Source of the DNA: Fimbriimonadales bacterium
GTDB taxonomy: Bacteria; Armatimonadota; Fimbriimonadia; Fimbriimonadales; ATM1
Direction of reading: 5' to 3'
Length of the DNA: 16,217 bases
NCBI GenBank assembly: GCA_051003155.1
Contig: JBPCLO010000032.1
Coordinates: forward strand, 1 to 16,217
Shown here: positions 7,530 to 15,189 of the stretch, one piece after another
Numbering within the stretch: position 1 is the first letter of the stretch
Layout of the letters: every line of letters starts with the position of its first letter
Position numbers and translations under genes: made by a program
Notes under the pieces: model-generated
The model's database searches: none
Told to the model about the DNA's origin: nothing
Seen by the model: only the letters and a program-made list of their open reading frames with translations

Positions 7530-7747
7530 TACTTCTTGGCCTCCTTGCCATATCGTCGCATGAATTTCTCCACACGGCCGGCGGAGTCTACAAGCTTTTG
7601 CTTACCTGTGTAGAAGGGGTGGCAATTAGAGCAGATGTCCACATGCAACTCGGGAACCGAGGAGAGAATCTCCGTTACAGGCTTCCCGGGCGTGCAAGCG
7701 CAATACACCTTGCAGGGCATCGTTTTTGGATGAATTCCGGCCTTCAT
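7529..7747 (-). CDS. rpmE: 50S ribosomal protein L31 (Zn-binding type A)
   Basis: MKAGIHP...CAC...[26 protein letters not shown]. Confidence 0.96.
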   Translation of the reverse strand: MKAGIHPKTMPCKVYCACTPGKPVTEILSSVPELHVDICSNCHPFYTGKQKLVDSAGRVEKFMRRYGKEAKK

Positions 7748-7776
7748 GATCGCTGTGCGCCTTCGCACGAACGCAG

Positions 7777-7785
7777 ATTCTACCA
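7777..7785 (-). promoter_or_regulatory. Extended -10 promoter (TG-G-TAGAAT) of the rpmE operon
   Basis: TGGTAGAAT about 30 nt upstream of the rpmE ATG. Confidence 0.6.
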
Positions 7786-7786
7786 C

Positions 7787-7813
7787 AAAAGCCCGAGCCT
7801 GCAGGCGAGGCTT
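7787..7813 (-). terminator. Possible intrinsic terminator of the small membrane-protein gene
   Basis: AAGCCT-C-GCC-TGCA-GGC-TC-GGGCTT followed by TT on the minus strand. Confidence 0.4.
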
Positions 7814-7976
7814 ACTTCTTCAGGGCATCATAAAGGTCGAGGCTTCGGGAACCAGGTTTGATGCTGCCGACCGAGCCGTCTTCGTGCTGAACCCCTTGCA
7901 ACTCGTCGTCGAATGCGAGCCATACCGCGGTTGCCCCAACTAGGAGTACGATCGCCCCCACCAAGATTTTCTTCAT
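7812..7976 (-). CDS. Small 54-aa single-TM or secreted protein (not in the ORF track)
   Basis: [62 protein letters not shown]; signal-peptide-like N-terminus. Confidence 0.7.
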   Translation of the reverse strand: MKKILVGAIVLLVGATAVWLAFDDELQGVQHEDGSVGSIKPGSRSLDLYDALKK

Positions 7977-8100
7977 TTGTTCCCCGACCTAGATAAATTG
8001 CACATAGGCCGACATTAACTCGTGTTACGGCTCACGCTACTACATTGGACGACAAGTTTGGAGAACACGCAAGGCTTTTTAGGCCTAGGTCCGTTATGAC

Positions 8101-8135
8101 AAAAAACTGGCTCCTTCACCCAGGCGAAGGAGCCA
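8101..8135 (-). terminator. Rho-independent terminator after the PEP-CTERM gene
   Basis: Perfect 10-bp stem TGGCTCCTTC/GAAGGAGCCA followed by GTTTTTT on the minus strand. Confidence 0.9.
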
Positions 8136-8164
8136 CGTCTGTCGAACGGTTAGGTTCCTGACAA

Positions 8165-8898
8165 CTACTTGCGTCGGCGAGCGACTGCCAGGCCGGCCAA
8201 GCCGATACCCAGGGCAATGAACGTGCCGGGCTCGGGAACCGCAGTACCCTGAACCACGAACGGGAACTCGACGGAGAAACCCTTGCCCACATCAGTGGGA
8301 CCCCAGACGCCGGCATTCTCCTGCATGCCGTTGCCGTTACGCGTTATCGGGTCATCGGGGTTGTTCGGATTGGGATCCATGACGTAGTTCGCCCAGCCGC
8401 TGGTGCCACCCTCAGTATGTAGGTCGACCCAGTATGTGCCATCTCCGAGTTCGAGGCCCCCAACATTGAAGTTGAGGTAGTTGATGGCTAGTTGCGTGTC
8501 TTGCAACGTACCGACATCCGTAACGCGGTAGATATTGCTGAAAGACACATCTGCTGCGCTGACGGTGTGGATTACCGAGCCGGTGCCCGGAGCGTCGTCC
8601 CAAATGTTCAGTTCGATCAGCGTCCAGCCGGGATTTCCGGCAGGCGCGCCCGTCGAGTAGCCCTGCATGATGATGTTGTCGATAGTCCACGGGCCGCCGG
8701 CGATCGTGAAGTCGTCGGCAATGCTGAACGTCGAGTTCATGTTAGAGCCGCGTGAACTCGAGTCGGTGCCCATCATGCTGGCGTCGGCGCCGCCGAAGCC
8801 TGCCCCGGGTGGGTGATGACCGGGCCGTTGTCATAAAGATCGATGGCGTTGGCCGAAACACAAGCGACAGCCAAAGATGCGAAAAGTAGCTTCTTCAA
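8165..8898 (-). CDS. PEP-CTERM sorting-domain surface protein, split by a 1-nt frameshift at ~8803-8806
   Basis: TTG 8898 with GAGGAG RBS gives the signal peptide MKKLLFASLAVACVSANA, then IDLYDNGPVITHPG. Adding one G continues AGFGGADASMMGTDS... to VPEPGTFIALGIGLAGLAVARRRK*. Confidence 0.9.
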
Positions 8899-9030
8899 TA
8901 GATTCTCCTCTCTGTAGAAATATGCGGACGCTAAGGTAGTCCCCCGCGAACCGCAGGCGTGTACCGAATTAGTGCACTTATAGAGCATTAATACACAAAT
9001 TGGCATCCCAAGTGTCATTGAAGTGGATAA

Positions 9031-9108
9031 TGGTCGGGGCGACTGGATTCGAACCAGCGACCTCTTGCACCCCATGCAAGCGCGCTATCCAAGCTGCGCC
9101 ACGCCCCG
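9031..9108 (-). tRNA. tRNA-Pro(GGG)
   Basis: CGGGGCG acceptor stem, anticodon arm CTTGC-ATGGGGT-GCAAG, T arm GGTTCGAATCC, encoded CCA. Confidence 0.97.
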
Positions 9109-9118
9109 ACGCGGGCTG

Positions 9119-9124
9119 ATTATA
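9119..9124 (-). promoter_or_regulatory. -10 element (TATAAT) of tRNA-Pro
   Basis: Perfect TATAAT 10 nt upstream of the mature tRNA 5' end. Confidence 0.7.
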
Positions 9125-9131
9125 CCGGCTC

Positions 9132-9911
9132 CTACCTAAAGCGCCAGATGATGTTCGCGCCTTGATCCATCGCCAAGATCGACGCAGCGCTATGCCCTTT
9201 GGCATGGAGGTCGGCGAAGATGATGCTGGCGATTCCGTGGTTCTTGCCGTCCTTGTGATGCCGGCACCAGATCGGCTTGAGTTGAGCAGGAGGCAAATTT
9301 TGCATCTCTGGGATCACGTCCTTGTCCGAAGTGATTGGTGGGCTTAGCTCTGGCATCGTCGGATGCGCGATGCCGTTATACGGGCTGAACGTGTAGCCGC
9401 GATACTTCATATCCAAGGGGCCCCCCGGGGTGTCGGCGAACAATGCCGTTCTGGAGGTCTCGACCATAGTGCTCGTGTTGGCCGCGGTCGTAAACCCTTC
9501 GCAGCCTGCAGGGTTCGGCTGGCCCTCTACGCAGCCTTCCGGATCGTACGCCGATGCTCCCGAAAAGCCCACATTCATCTCGCCTCGTGTCGCCCACGTG
9601 TGGCCGAACTGGCCCGGGCTGCCCGAGCACACAAAGACTTGCTTGTCCCTAACGTAAGGGAATACCTGCGCCGTCCAGATGCGATTCGGGTCATCGGTCG
9701 GTACTCCGTAGTTCGTACCCAGGGGGAGGTAGCCGGAGTTGTCCTCAACGTACAGGGTCACTGCGGCGCCGAGTTGGCGCATGTGGACCATGCAGGCTGT
9801 TCTCTTGGCCGCTTCCTTTGTGCGTGCGAATACGGGGAACAGGATGGCTGCCAGTATCGCGATAATGGCGATGACCACGAGCAGCTCGATCAGCGTAAAG
9901 GCTCTCCTCAT
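9132..9911 (-). CDS. Prepilin-type N-terminal cleavage/methylation protein (DUF1559 / H-X9-DG-like)
   Basis: [28 protein letters not shown]...C..HMRQLG; C-terminal RH...IIFADLHAK. Confidence 0.92.
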   Translation of the reverse strand: MRRAFTLIELLVVIAIIAILAAILFPVFARTKEAAKRTACMVHMRQLGAAVTLYVEDNSGYLPLGTNYGVPTDDPNRIWTAQVFPYVRDKQVFVCSGSPGQFGHTWATRGEMNVGFSGASAYDPEGCVEGQPNPAGCEGFTTAANTSTMVETSRTALFADTPGGPLDMKYRGYTFSPYNGIAHPTMPELSPPITSDKDVIPEMQNLPPAQLKPIWCRHHKDGKNHGIASIIFADLHAKGHSAASILAMDQGANIIWRFR

Positions 9912-9922
9912 CGAAGAAAGAA

Positions 9923-9949
9923 GACGACTTAGACTTTCCCGTTAGTTCC
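9923..9949 (-). promoter_or_regulatory. ECF-type promoter GGAAC-N18-CGTC upstream of the prepilin-type gene
   Basis: AAC/CGT motifs typical of ECF promoters; same spacing as the site upstream of the sigma gene. Confidence 0.55.
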
Positions 9950-10712
9950 CTTGAGAGTTGCCCCTCGGTCGCGCGGACTTCTTCGAGGGCGGTTCGGGTC
10001 TGACCTCGACCTCCGCGTTCTGGACCTTGCTCATCGGCAAGATGAGGAAGCCGTCCGGGCCGCCGTCGAGGAGCCGAATCGCGGCCTCTTGCTCGAGTAG
10101 CAAGAGCATGTCCTTCGGCGCGAGGGCGAGCGTCCCGTCCTTCCGGTTCGTCGGCAGCCGCAAGATCTCATCTTCCACGCCGGGCATCACTTCGATCGGG
10201 AGACCGCTCTGGCTCTCGATCGCGTCGAGAGCGGCGAGGAGCGTCAGCGCCTTCGTCCCGACGACCACGATCGGCTCCTTCTTCGGCGTCAGGGGCCGCG
10301 GCGACGTGCCGGGGTCCTTGCCCGTCGGCTCCACTACAGCCGAATCGACGTCCGGACGCGCAATTGCGGGCGGAATCGGGATCGCTTGCCGCACATCCAG
10401 GGCAGGCTTCGGTTCCGGTTCGACCCGGGTAATAACCTTCGTGACCTGGTAGGCGCCGAACGCGATGGCTGCGAGCGCGGCGAAGGCGGCAGGCACGACC
10501 CACGCGCGAAAAGCGGATTGGCGAACCACCGGGGCCTCGAACGGCCGATGCGCGACCGAAACGGGGCGGGAGCCGCGCAGAGCATCCACGGCCGCCTGAT
10601 GCGTTGCGAGTTGGGTAGCGAGGTGTGGGTACCGCTGCAGGAATTCCGCCTCCATCTGCGCGTCGCGGCTCTCGGCGGTTGCCCAAAGGAGCTCTTCGAG
10701 GTGGCTACTCAT
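9942..10712 (-). CDS. Putative membrane anti-sigma factor with a C-terminal STN/FecR-C-like domain
   Basis: Overlaps the sigma stop by 8 nt; helical cytoplasmic N-terminus, one TM, Pro-rich linker, then LTLLAALDAIESQSGLPIEV... (STN-like pattern). Confidence 0.7.
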   Translation of the reverse strand: MSSHLEELLWATAESRDAQMEAEFLQRYPHLATQLATHQAAVDALRGSRPVSVAHRPFEAPVVRQSAFRAWVVPAAFAALAAIAFGAYQVTKVITRVEPEPKPALDVRQAIPIPPAIARPDVDSAVVEPTGKDPGTSPRPLTPKKEPIVVVGTKALTLLAALDAIESQSGLPIEVMPGVEDEILRLPTNRKDGTLALAPKDMLLLLEQEAAIRLLDGGPDGFLILPMSKVQNAEVEVRPEPPSKKSARPRGNSQGN

Positions 10713-11280
10713 GCGTCCCCTTCAGCGCCTCGTAGGCGGCCTTGAAACGTTCCCGCGCTCGGAACAGCCGGGTTTTGGCGGCGTTCGGGCTGCAGTCGAT
10801 CGCCTGGGCGACCTCATTGATCGAGACGTCTTCCCAGTAAAACAGCGTCAGGACCGCGCGGTCCGCCGTGCTCAGCGAGTGCATCGCTGAGGCGACTTTG
10901 ACTTGGTCGGCGGTCGCGCCGGGGTCGGGCGGCGTCTGGGCGTGCTCTGCGTCCTCCAAGGGGACGTTTCGCTTCTTGTTCTTCAGCTTGCGCGATTGCT
11001 GGATGGCCGTGTTGACGGCGATGCGGAAAATCCATGTGCTCAGACGGCTGCGCTCGTTGAACCGGCGCAGGTTCTTGTAGATTAGAGTGAAGGTTTCTTG
11101 GACGGCGTCCTGGGCGTCGTCGGCGTCGAGCAGGATTCCTTTCGAGAGCGTGTAGATACGCTCGTAGTACCGGTCGTACAGCGTCGCGAACGCCGCCTGG
11201 TCGCCTTCCAGGAAGCGTTTTGCCAAAAGCAGGTCTTCGTCGAACTGTATCGTCGCCCGGTCTGCAGCGCTCACCGTCAT
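10705..11280 (-). CDS. ECF RNA polymerase sigma-70 factor
   Basis: Region 2 (DAQDAVQETF...RLSTWIFRIAVN) and region 4 (EVAQAIDCSPNAAKTRLFRAR); likely start is ATG 11280. Confidence 0.95.
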   Translation of the reverse strand: MTVSAADRATIQFDEDLLLAKRFLEGDQAAFATLYDRYYERIYTLSKGILLDADDAQDAVQETFTLIYKNLRRFNERSRLSTWIFRIAVNTAIQQSRKLKNKKRNVPLEDAEHAQTPPDPGATADQVKVASAMHSLSTADRAVLTLFYWEDVSINEVAQAIDCSPNAAKTRLFRARERFKAAYEALKGTHE

Positions 11281-11291
11281 ACGATCGTTTT

Positions 11292-11318
11292 GACGTCTCA
11301 AGCTGCCGTGAAGGTTAC
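11292..11318 (-). promoter_or_regulatory. ECF-type (autoregulatory) promoter GTAAC-N18-CGTC
   Basis: AAC and CGTC boxes, with CGTC 11 nt upstream of the sigma ATG. Confidence 0.65.
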
Positions 11319-11374
11319 CCGGGGCGGGTTGCTGAGTTGCCGCGCGAGATCTATTCCTCAATCGGCGGCCGCGA

Positions 11375-11635
11375 CTATTTGGCGCGTATCTGCTTCGGTT
11401 CGAACGGGATGAACCCCAGTTTCGTTGCGGCATGGAACGCTTGCATTCGGTTCTTCACCTCGAGCTTGTCGTAGATATTCGCAAGGTGGAAATCTACCGT
11501 GCGTTTCGACACGTAGAGAGAGTCGGCGGCTTCCTTGCTGCTATACCCTTGCCCAATCAAATTGAGAACGTCCACCTCGCGCTTCGTCATGTGCTTTGGT
11601 CGCTCTTTATCCGGCTTTGTACTTACGATGGTCAT
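11375..11635 (-). CDS. Stand-alone LuxR/GerE-type HTH regulator
   Basis: MTKREVDVLNLIGQGYSSKEAADSLYVSKRTVDFHLANIYDKLEVKNR; no receiver domain. Confidence 0.93.
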   Translation of the reverse strand: MTIVSTKPDKERPKHMTKREVDVLNLIGQGYSSKEAADSLYVSKRTVDFHLANIYDKLEVKNRMQAFHAATKLGFIPFEPKQIRAK

Positions 11636-11642
11636 GAATCAT

Positions 11643-11651
11643 AGTTTATCA
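11643..11651 (-). promoter_or_regulatory. Extended -10 (TG-A-TAAACT) for a leaderless luxR transcript
   Basis: Hexamer ends 7 nt before ATG 11635; no SD. Confidence 0.6.
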
Positions 11652-11721
11652 CGCATCCGCTAGTGATCCCTCACCCGTTAGACTGAATTCCGCAGTTCGC
11701 GACCGCGCTACAATCCGCTGG

Positions 11722-11763
11722 ATGGCACAATTGCATACCCATCATGTGCGCATAAATCCATAG
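11722..11763 (+). CDS. Candidate leaderless 13-aa leader peptide MAQLHTHHVRINP
   Basis: TACAAT (11709-11714) lies 7 nt before the ATG, the same geometry as at luxR and rfbC. Confidence 0.35.
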   Translation: MAQLHTHHVRINP

Positions 11764-11828
11764 GGTTCGTTCGCTCATCGTTTATAGACCTCGTTCATCC
11801 CCACCAACAGAGCTCGGCAGCAAACGCT

Positions 11829-11938
11829 ATAGGGTGTAACGAGCCCTAAGAAGGGCGAGCCAGCGCCGCAGCAGTCGGCGGTCGTCGCCCTATGTCGTCA
11901 TCACGTCACATTCCCTGGGACGAGGTGTCGTGATGACG
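11829..11938 (+). ncRNA. Candidate structured RNA (three-way junction plus long hairpin)
   Basis: Stems ATAGGGTG..ACGA/TCGTCGCCCTAT, GCCCT/AGGGC, CGCCG/CGGCG and CGTCATCACG/CGTGATGACG. Confidence 0.4.
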
Positions 11939-11972
11939 CGTACGAACCGAGTAAACTTAACGCCTGCCTCTC

Positions 11973-14657
11973 ATGAACAAAATTATTGTGTGCCTCTCCT
12001 TGGCTATGCTCGCGTCGGGCGCGGTTTGTCAGGACGAATTTATTCCTGATAAGGGGCAGACGCCCGCGAAGGAAGAGCCCAAAAGGGACGACCCCGAGAA
12101 GGAGCTCAAGGAAAAGATCAAGAAGTACGACGATTTCTTGAAGGACACCACGAAGCTCGACGGGCCGTTTACGCTTTACACCAAGAAGAAGGACGGCAAG
12201 ACCGACGTCTTCTTGGAACTCGACCCCGCGCAGCTGGGCAAATACTGGTTCCTTGAGGCGACACTGCGCACCGGTGGAAACGCCATGGGCCTGCAGGCGG
12301 GCGAGCCGGCCAACACGATGATGAACGTTGACGCCTACCGGTTCGAGCGCAAGGCCGACCAGATTTGGCTGATGGTGCCGAACCTGAGCTGGCGCTGGCA
12401 CAAGGACAGCCCTTGGGCGACTGCGGCACGGCGCTCGTTCCCTGAAGGCGTCATTGACGAATACAAGATCGAGGCCGAGCACCCGACCACCAAGAAGATG
12501 GTCATCAAGACGACCGACCTATTCTACGGCGGCGTGTTAGACCTGAACGAGCGCGTGAGCGGAACGATGATGCGGCCGTACATCCTAGATCGCGGCAAGT
12601 CGGGCGTTTCGGACGTCAAGACGTTTCCCGAGAACATCGTGGTTCGCGCTGACCTCTTCTTCAACTCGCCGTCGCGCGGCGGTGGTATGCCCGAGGGCTT
12701 GGCGGAGATGCTGGGCTTCGGCGGTAAGAGCCACCTCGCCGACGACCGGAGCCTGCCGCTCGGAGTGACCTATCTTATCTATCCGCAAAAGGACAACGGT
12801 TATGTGCCGCGCATCGCGGATGCGCGCGTGGGCTACTTCACCCAGGACTTCTTCGACCATTCCAAGCTGATGGAGCTCGACAAGACCACGCGCTACATCA
12901 ACCGTTGGAACCTGAAAAGGAAGGACGCGAATGCTGCGATGAGCGAGCCGGTGAAGCCGATCGTTTGGTACATCGACGACAGCGTCCCCGAGAAGTATCG
13001 CAAGGCCTGCGCCGAGGGGATTCTGCTCTGGAACAAAGCTTTCGAGAAGATCGGCTACAAGAACGCGATCCTGGTGAAGATGAAGCCGAAGGACGCCGAT
13101 TGGGACCATGCCGACATGCGCTACAACGTCCTGCGGGTGATCCAATCGGAGGCTGCCGGGTATGCCGTGGCGTCGGCTCGGTCCGATCCGTTCACCGGCG
13201 AGATCGTGAACGCGGGCATTTCGGTCGACGCGAGCGTCATTGGCGCCGTCGGTCAGGAGTACACGTGGCTCACTGCGCCCGCTCGTGGCGCATACTCGGA
13301 ATCGCTTGCAAAGCTTGTTCACAGGGGAGAGGAAACGCCGGCAGCAAAGGCGGGGCCTTGGAAGAAGCTGGAGTGCAGGCTGGGCAAAGGCAAATTGGAG
13401 TCGGCGGCGTTTGCGTGGTCCGCTCTCGAGACGCTCATGCCCCTGGGTACATCGATCAACAAGGACGAGTACCTCAAGGAGTTCTTGGTGGACCTCGTTA
13501 GCCACGAGGCCGGTCATTGTTTAGGGCTTCGGCATAACTTCGTCGCCTCGACGTACATGACGGACGAGCAGCTCGCCAACCCGGGCGTCACCTCGGCCCA
13601 AGGAACGAGCGCCAGCGTAATGGACTATATGCCGGTGAACATCGCCGCGGTGGCGAAGGGCAAAGGGCACTTCTACACCAGGAGCATAGGTAGCTACGAC
13701 GTCTTCGCAATTGAGTATGGATACAAGGACGTTCCGGGCAATACGGCGCTGGGCGAGAAGCCGCACCTGGTCAAGATCGCAAAGCAAGGAAGCCTGCCGG
13801 GGCACCTCTACATGACCGACGAGAACGCGGATGCTTTCGACCCGTATGTCGTGCGCTTCGACAACTCGAAGGACCCGATCAGGAACGCGGGGATGACGAT
13901 CTCGGTCGCAAAGAAGCTCTTGGCGAAAGCCGACAAGAATTATCCCAAGCCGGGCCGCCCCTACAGCGACCTCACCCGAGTCGTTAACATGGCGATCATG
14001 CAGACGGCGCGGCAGTGCTTTTCGGTCGCGCGATTCGTGGGCGGCCTCGCGGGCCGGCGGAATTTCGCCGGCGATCCGGGTGAGAAGCCGACGCTGGCGC
14101 CGGTGGAGCCCGCGTTGCAGCGCGCGGCGATTCAGCTGATCGCGAGGGAGTTGCTGTCGGAGACCTCGTTCCAGCTCAGCAAGCGGATGCTGGTGAACCT
14201 GAGTGGCGATTCGGAAGGCAGGTATAGCGACGCGCCGATCAAAGACATCATAACGATGATCCAGAGCGCGGTTGTTAGCTCGCTGCTCTCGGCCGACACG
14301 ACCGAAAGGGTTGCAAACAGCGCCTTCAAGCTGGCCGGCGGCAAGGACCGCTTCACGCTGTCGGAGCTGTACTCGATCGTCGTGGGTAGCGTGTTCTCGG
14401 AAGTGGCGGCGCGTAAGCCGATCGGCATGCTGCGGCGGGACTTGCAGCGGTTTGTCGTGGATGCACTGTCCACGCAGGCCCTGGCTAGGCCGGGGTCGAT
14501 CGAGGAGGACGTTCGGATGCTCGCCTGGCACCACCTGCGTGGTTTGAGCAAGAAGCTCGCCGGCGGTTCGAAGGAGGAGATGACCTCGATGCACCAGGCC
14601 GATCTGCGACGCCGAATCGAGCGGACGGAGAAGTCGGTGGTTACGTCGGGCGGATAG
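11973..14657 (+). CDS. Secreted zinc-dependent metalloprotease (Met-zincin; DUF5117/DUF4953-type)
   Basis: Signal peptide; PRIADARVGYF and YINRWNL; HEAGHCLGLRHNF zinc motif; SVMDY Met-turn. Confidence 0.93.
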   Translation: MNKIIVCLSLAMLASGAVCQDEFIPDKGQTPAKEEPKRDDPEKELKEKIKKYDDFLKDTTKLDGPFTLYTKKKDGKTDVFLELDPAQLGKYWFLEATLRTGGNAMGLQAGEPANTMMNVDAYRFERKADQIWLMVPNLSWRWHKDSPWATAARRSFPEGVIDEYKIEAEHPTTKKMVIKTTDLFYGGVLDLNERVSGTMMRPYILDRGKSGVSDVKTFPENIVVRADLFFNSPSRGGGMPEGLAEMLGFGGKSHLADDRSLPLGVTYLIYPQKDNGYVPRIADARVGYFTQDFFDHSKLMELDKTTRYINRWNLKRKDANAAMSEPVKPIVWYIDDSVPEKYRKACAEGILLWNKAFEKIGYKNAILVKMKPKDADWDHADMRYNVLRVIQSEAAGYAVASARSDPFTGEIVNAGISVDASVIGAVGQEYTWLTAPARGAYSESLAKLVHRGEETPAAKAGPWKKLECRLGKGKLESAAFAWSALETLMPLGTSINKDEYLKEFLVDLVSHEAGHCLGLRHNFVASTYMTDEQLANPGVTSAQGTSASVMDYMPVNIAAVAKGKGHFYTRSIGSYDVFAIEYGYKDVPGNTALGEKPHLVKIAKQGSLPGHLYMTDENADAFDPYVVRFDNSKDPIRNAGMTISVAKKLLAKADKNYPKPGRPYSDLTRVVNMAIMQTARQCFSVARFVGGLAGRRNFAGDPGEKPTLAPVEPALQRAAIQLIARELLSETSFQLSKRMLVNLSGDSEGRYSDAPIKDIITMIQSAVVSSLLSADTTERVANSAFKLAGGKDRFTLSELYSIVVGSVFSEVAARKPIGMLRRDLQRFVVDALSTQALARPGSIEEDVRMLAWHHLRGLSKKLAGGSKEEMTSMHQADLRRRIERTEKSVVTSGG

Positions 14658-14678
14658 CTGAGGTCGTCCACCGAGTGT

Positions 14679-14703
14679 CGACCGGCGACCGGCGACCGGC
14701 GAC
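14679..14703. repeat. Heptamer tandem repeat (CGACCGG)x3.6
   Basis: cgaccgg cgaccgg cgaccgg cgac. Confidence 0.85.
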
Positions 14704-14705
14704 TG

Positions 14706-14711
14706 TATAAT
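14706..14711 (+). promoter_or_regulatory. -10 element TATAAT for leaderless rfbC
   Basis: Perfect TATAAT 7 nt before GTG 14719; no SD. Confidence 0.7.
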
Positions 14712-14718
14712 CTCCTCC

Positions 14719-15189
14719 GTGTCTGTTGAAACCAGCGAGCTGATGCCGGGGGTGGTGTTGAACAGCCTCGGCAAGCATAACGACGATCGGGGCTGGCTGA
14801 CCGAACTCTACCGCGAGGACGAATTGCCGGAGGGGTTTACGCCGGCGATGGGCTATATGAGCGTGACGAAGGCCGGCGTCGCGCGCGGGCCCCATGAGCA
14901 TGCCGATCAGACCGACGGGTTCGTCTTCATGTCGGGCCAGTTCCGGCTCTACCTTTGGGAGAACCGGGCCGGGAGTGGGGATGCGAAGATCGTGCTCGAA
15001 GTCGGGGAGGCCAATCCGGTCTTCGTGACCGTGCCGCCGGGGGTGGTGCATGCCTACAAAAACGTCGGCGCCGAGGAGTCGTTCGTGCTGAACTTCCCTG
15101 ATCGCCTTTATGCCGGGTGGGGGAAGAAAGACTTGGTCGACGAAAACCGCCATGAGGACGATCCCAACACGCGGTTCACGCTCGAATGA
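14719..15189 (+). CDS. rfbC: dTDP-4-dehydrorhamnose 3,5-epimerase family cupin
   Basis: DDRGWLTELYR, GVARGPH and VPPGVVHAY motifs; ATGA overlap with rfbB. Confidence 0.85.
   Translation: MSVETSELMPGVVLNSLGKHNDDRGWLTELYREDELPEGFTPAMGYMSVTKAGVARGPHEHADQTDGFVFMSGQFRLYLWENRAGSGDAKIVLEVGEANPVFVTVPPGVVHAYKNVGAEESFVLNFPDRLYAGWGKKDLVDENRHEDDPNTRFTLE

Noticed and set aside
9022..9030. DnaA-box-like TTATCCACT beside the tRNA
   Set aside because: A single 8/9 match with no cluster; compatible with chance.
7812..9031. Genomic islet integrated at tRNA-Pro
   Set aside because: No integrase and no direct repeat of the tRNA 3' end; only an 8-bp inverted match near 7982-7989.
11901..14774. Long antisense ORFs (193, 310 and 417 aa) opposite the metalloprotease, and similar shadow ORFs elsewhere (e.g. 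1552..2571, 1392..2123, 6444..7166)
   Set aside because: Typical shadow frames of GC-rich coding DNA with no recognisable motifs.
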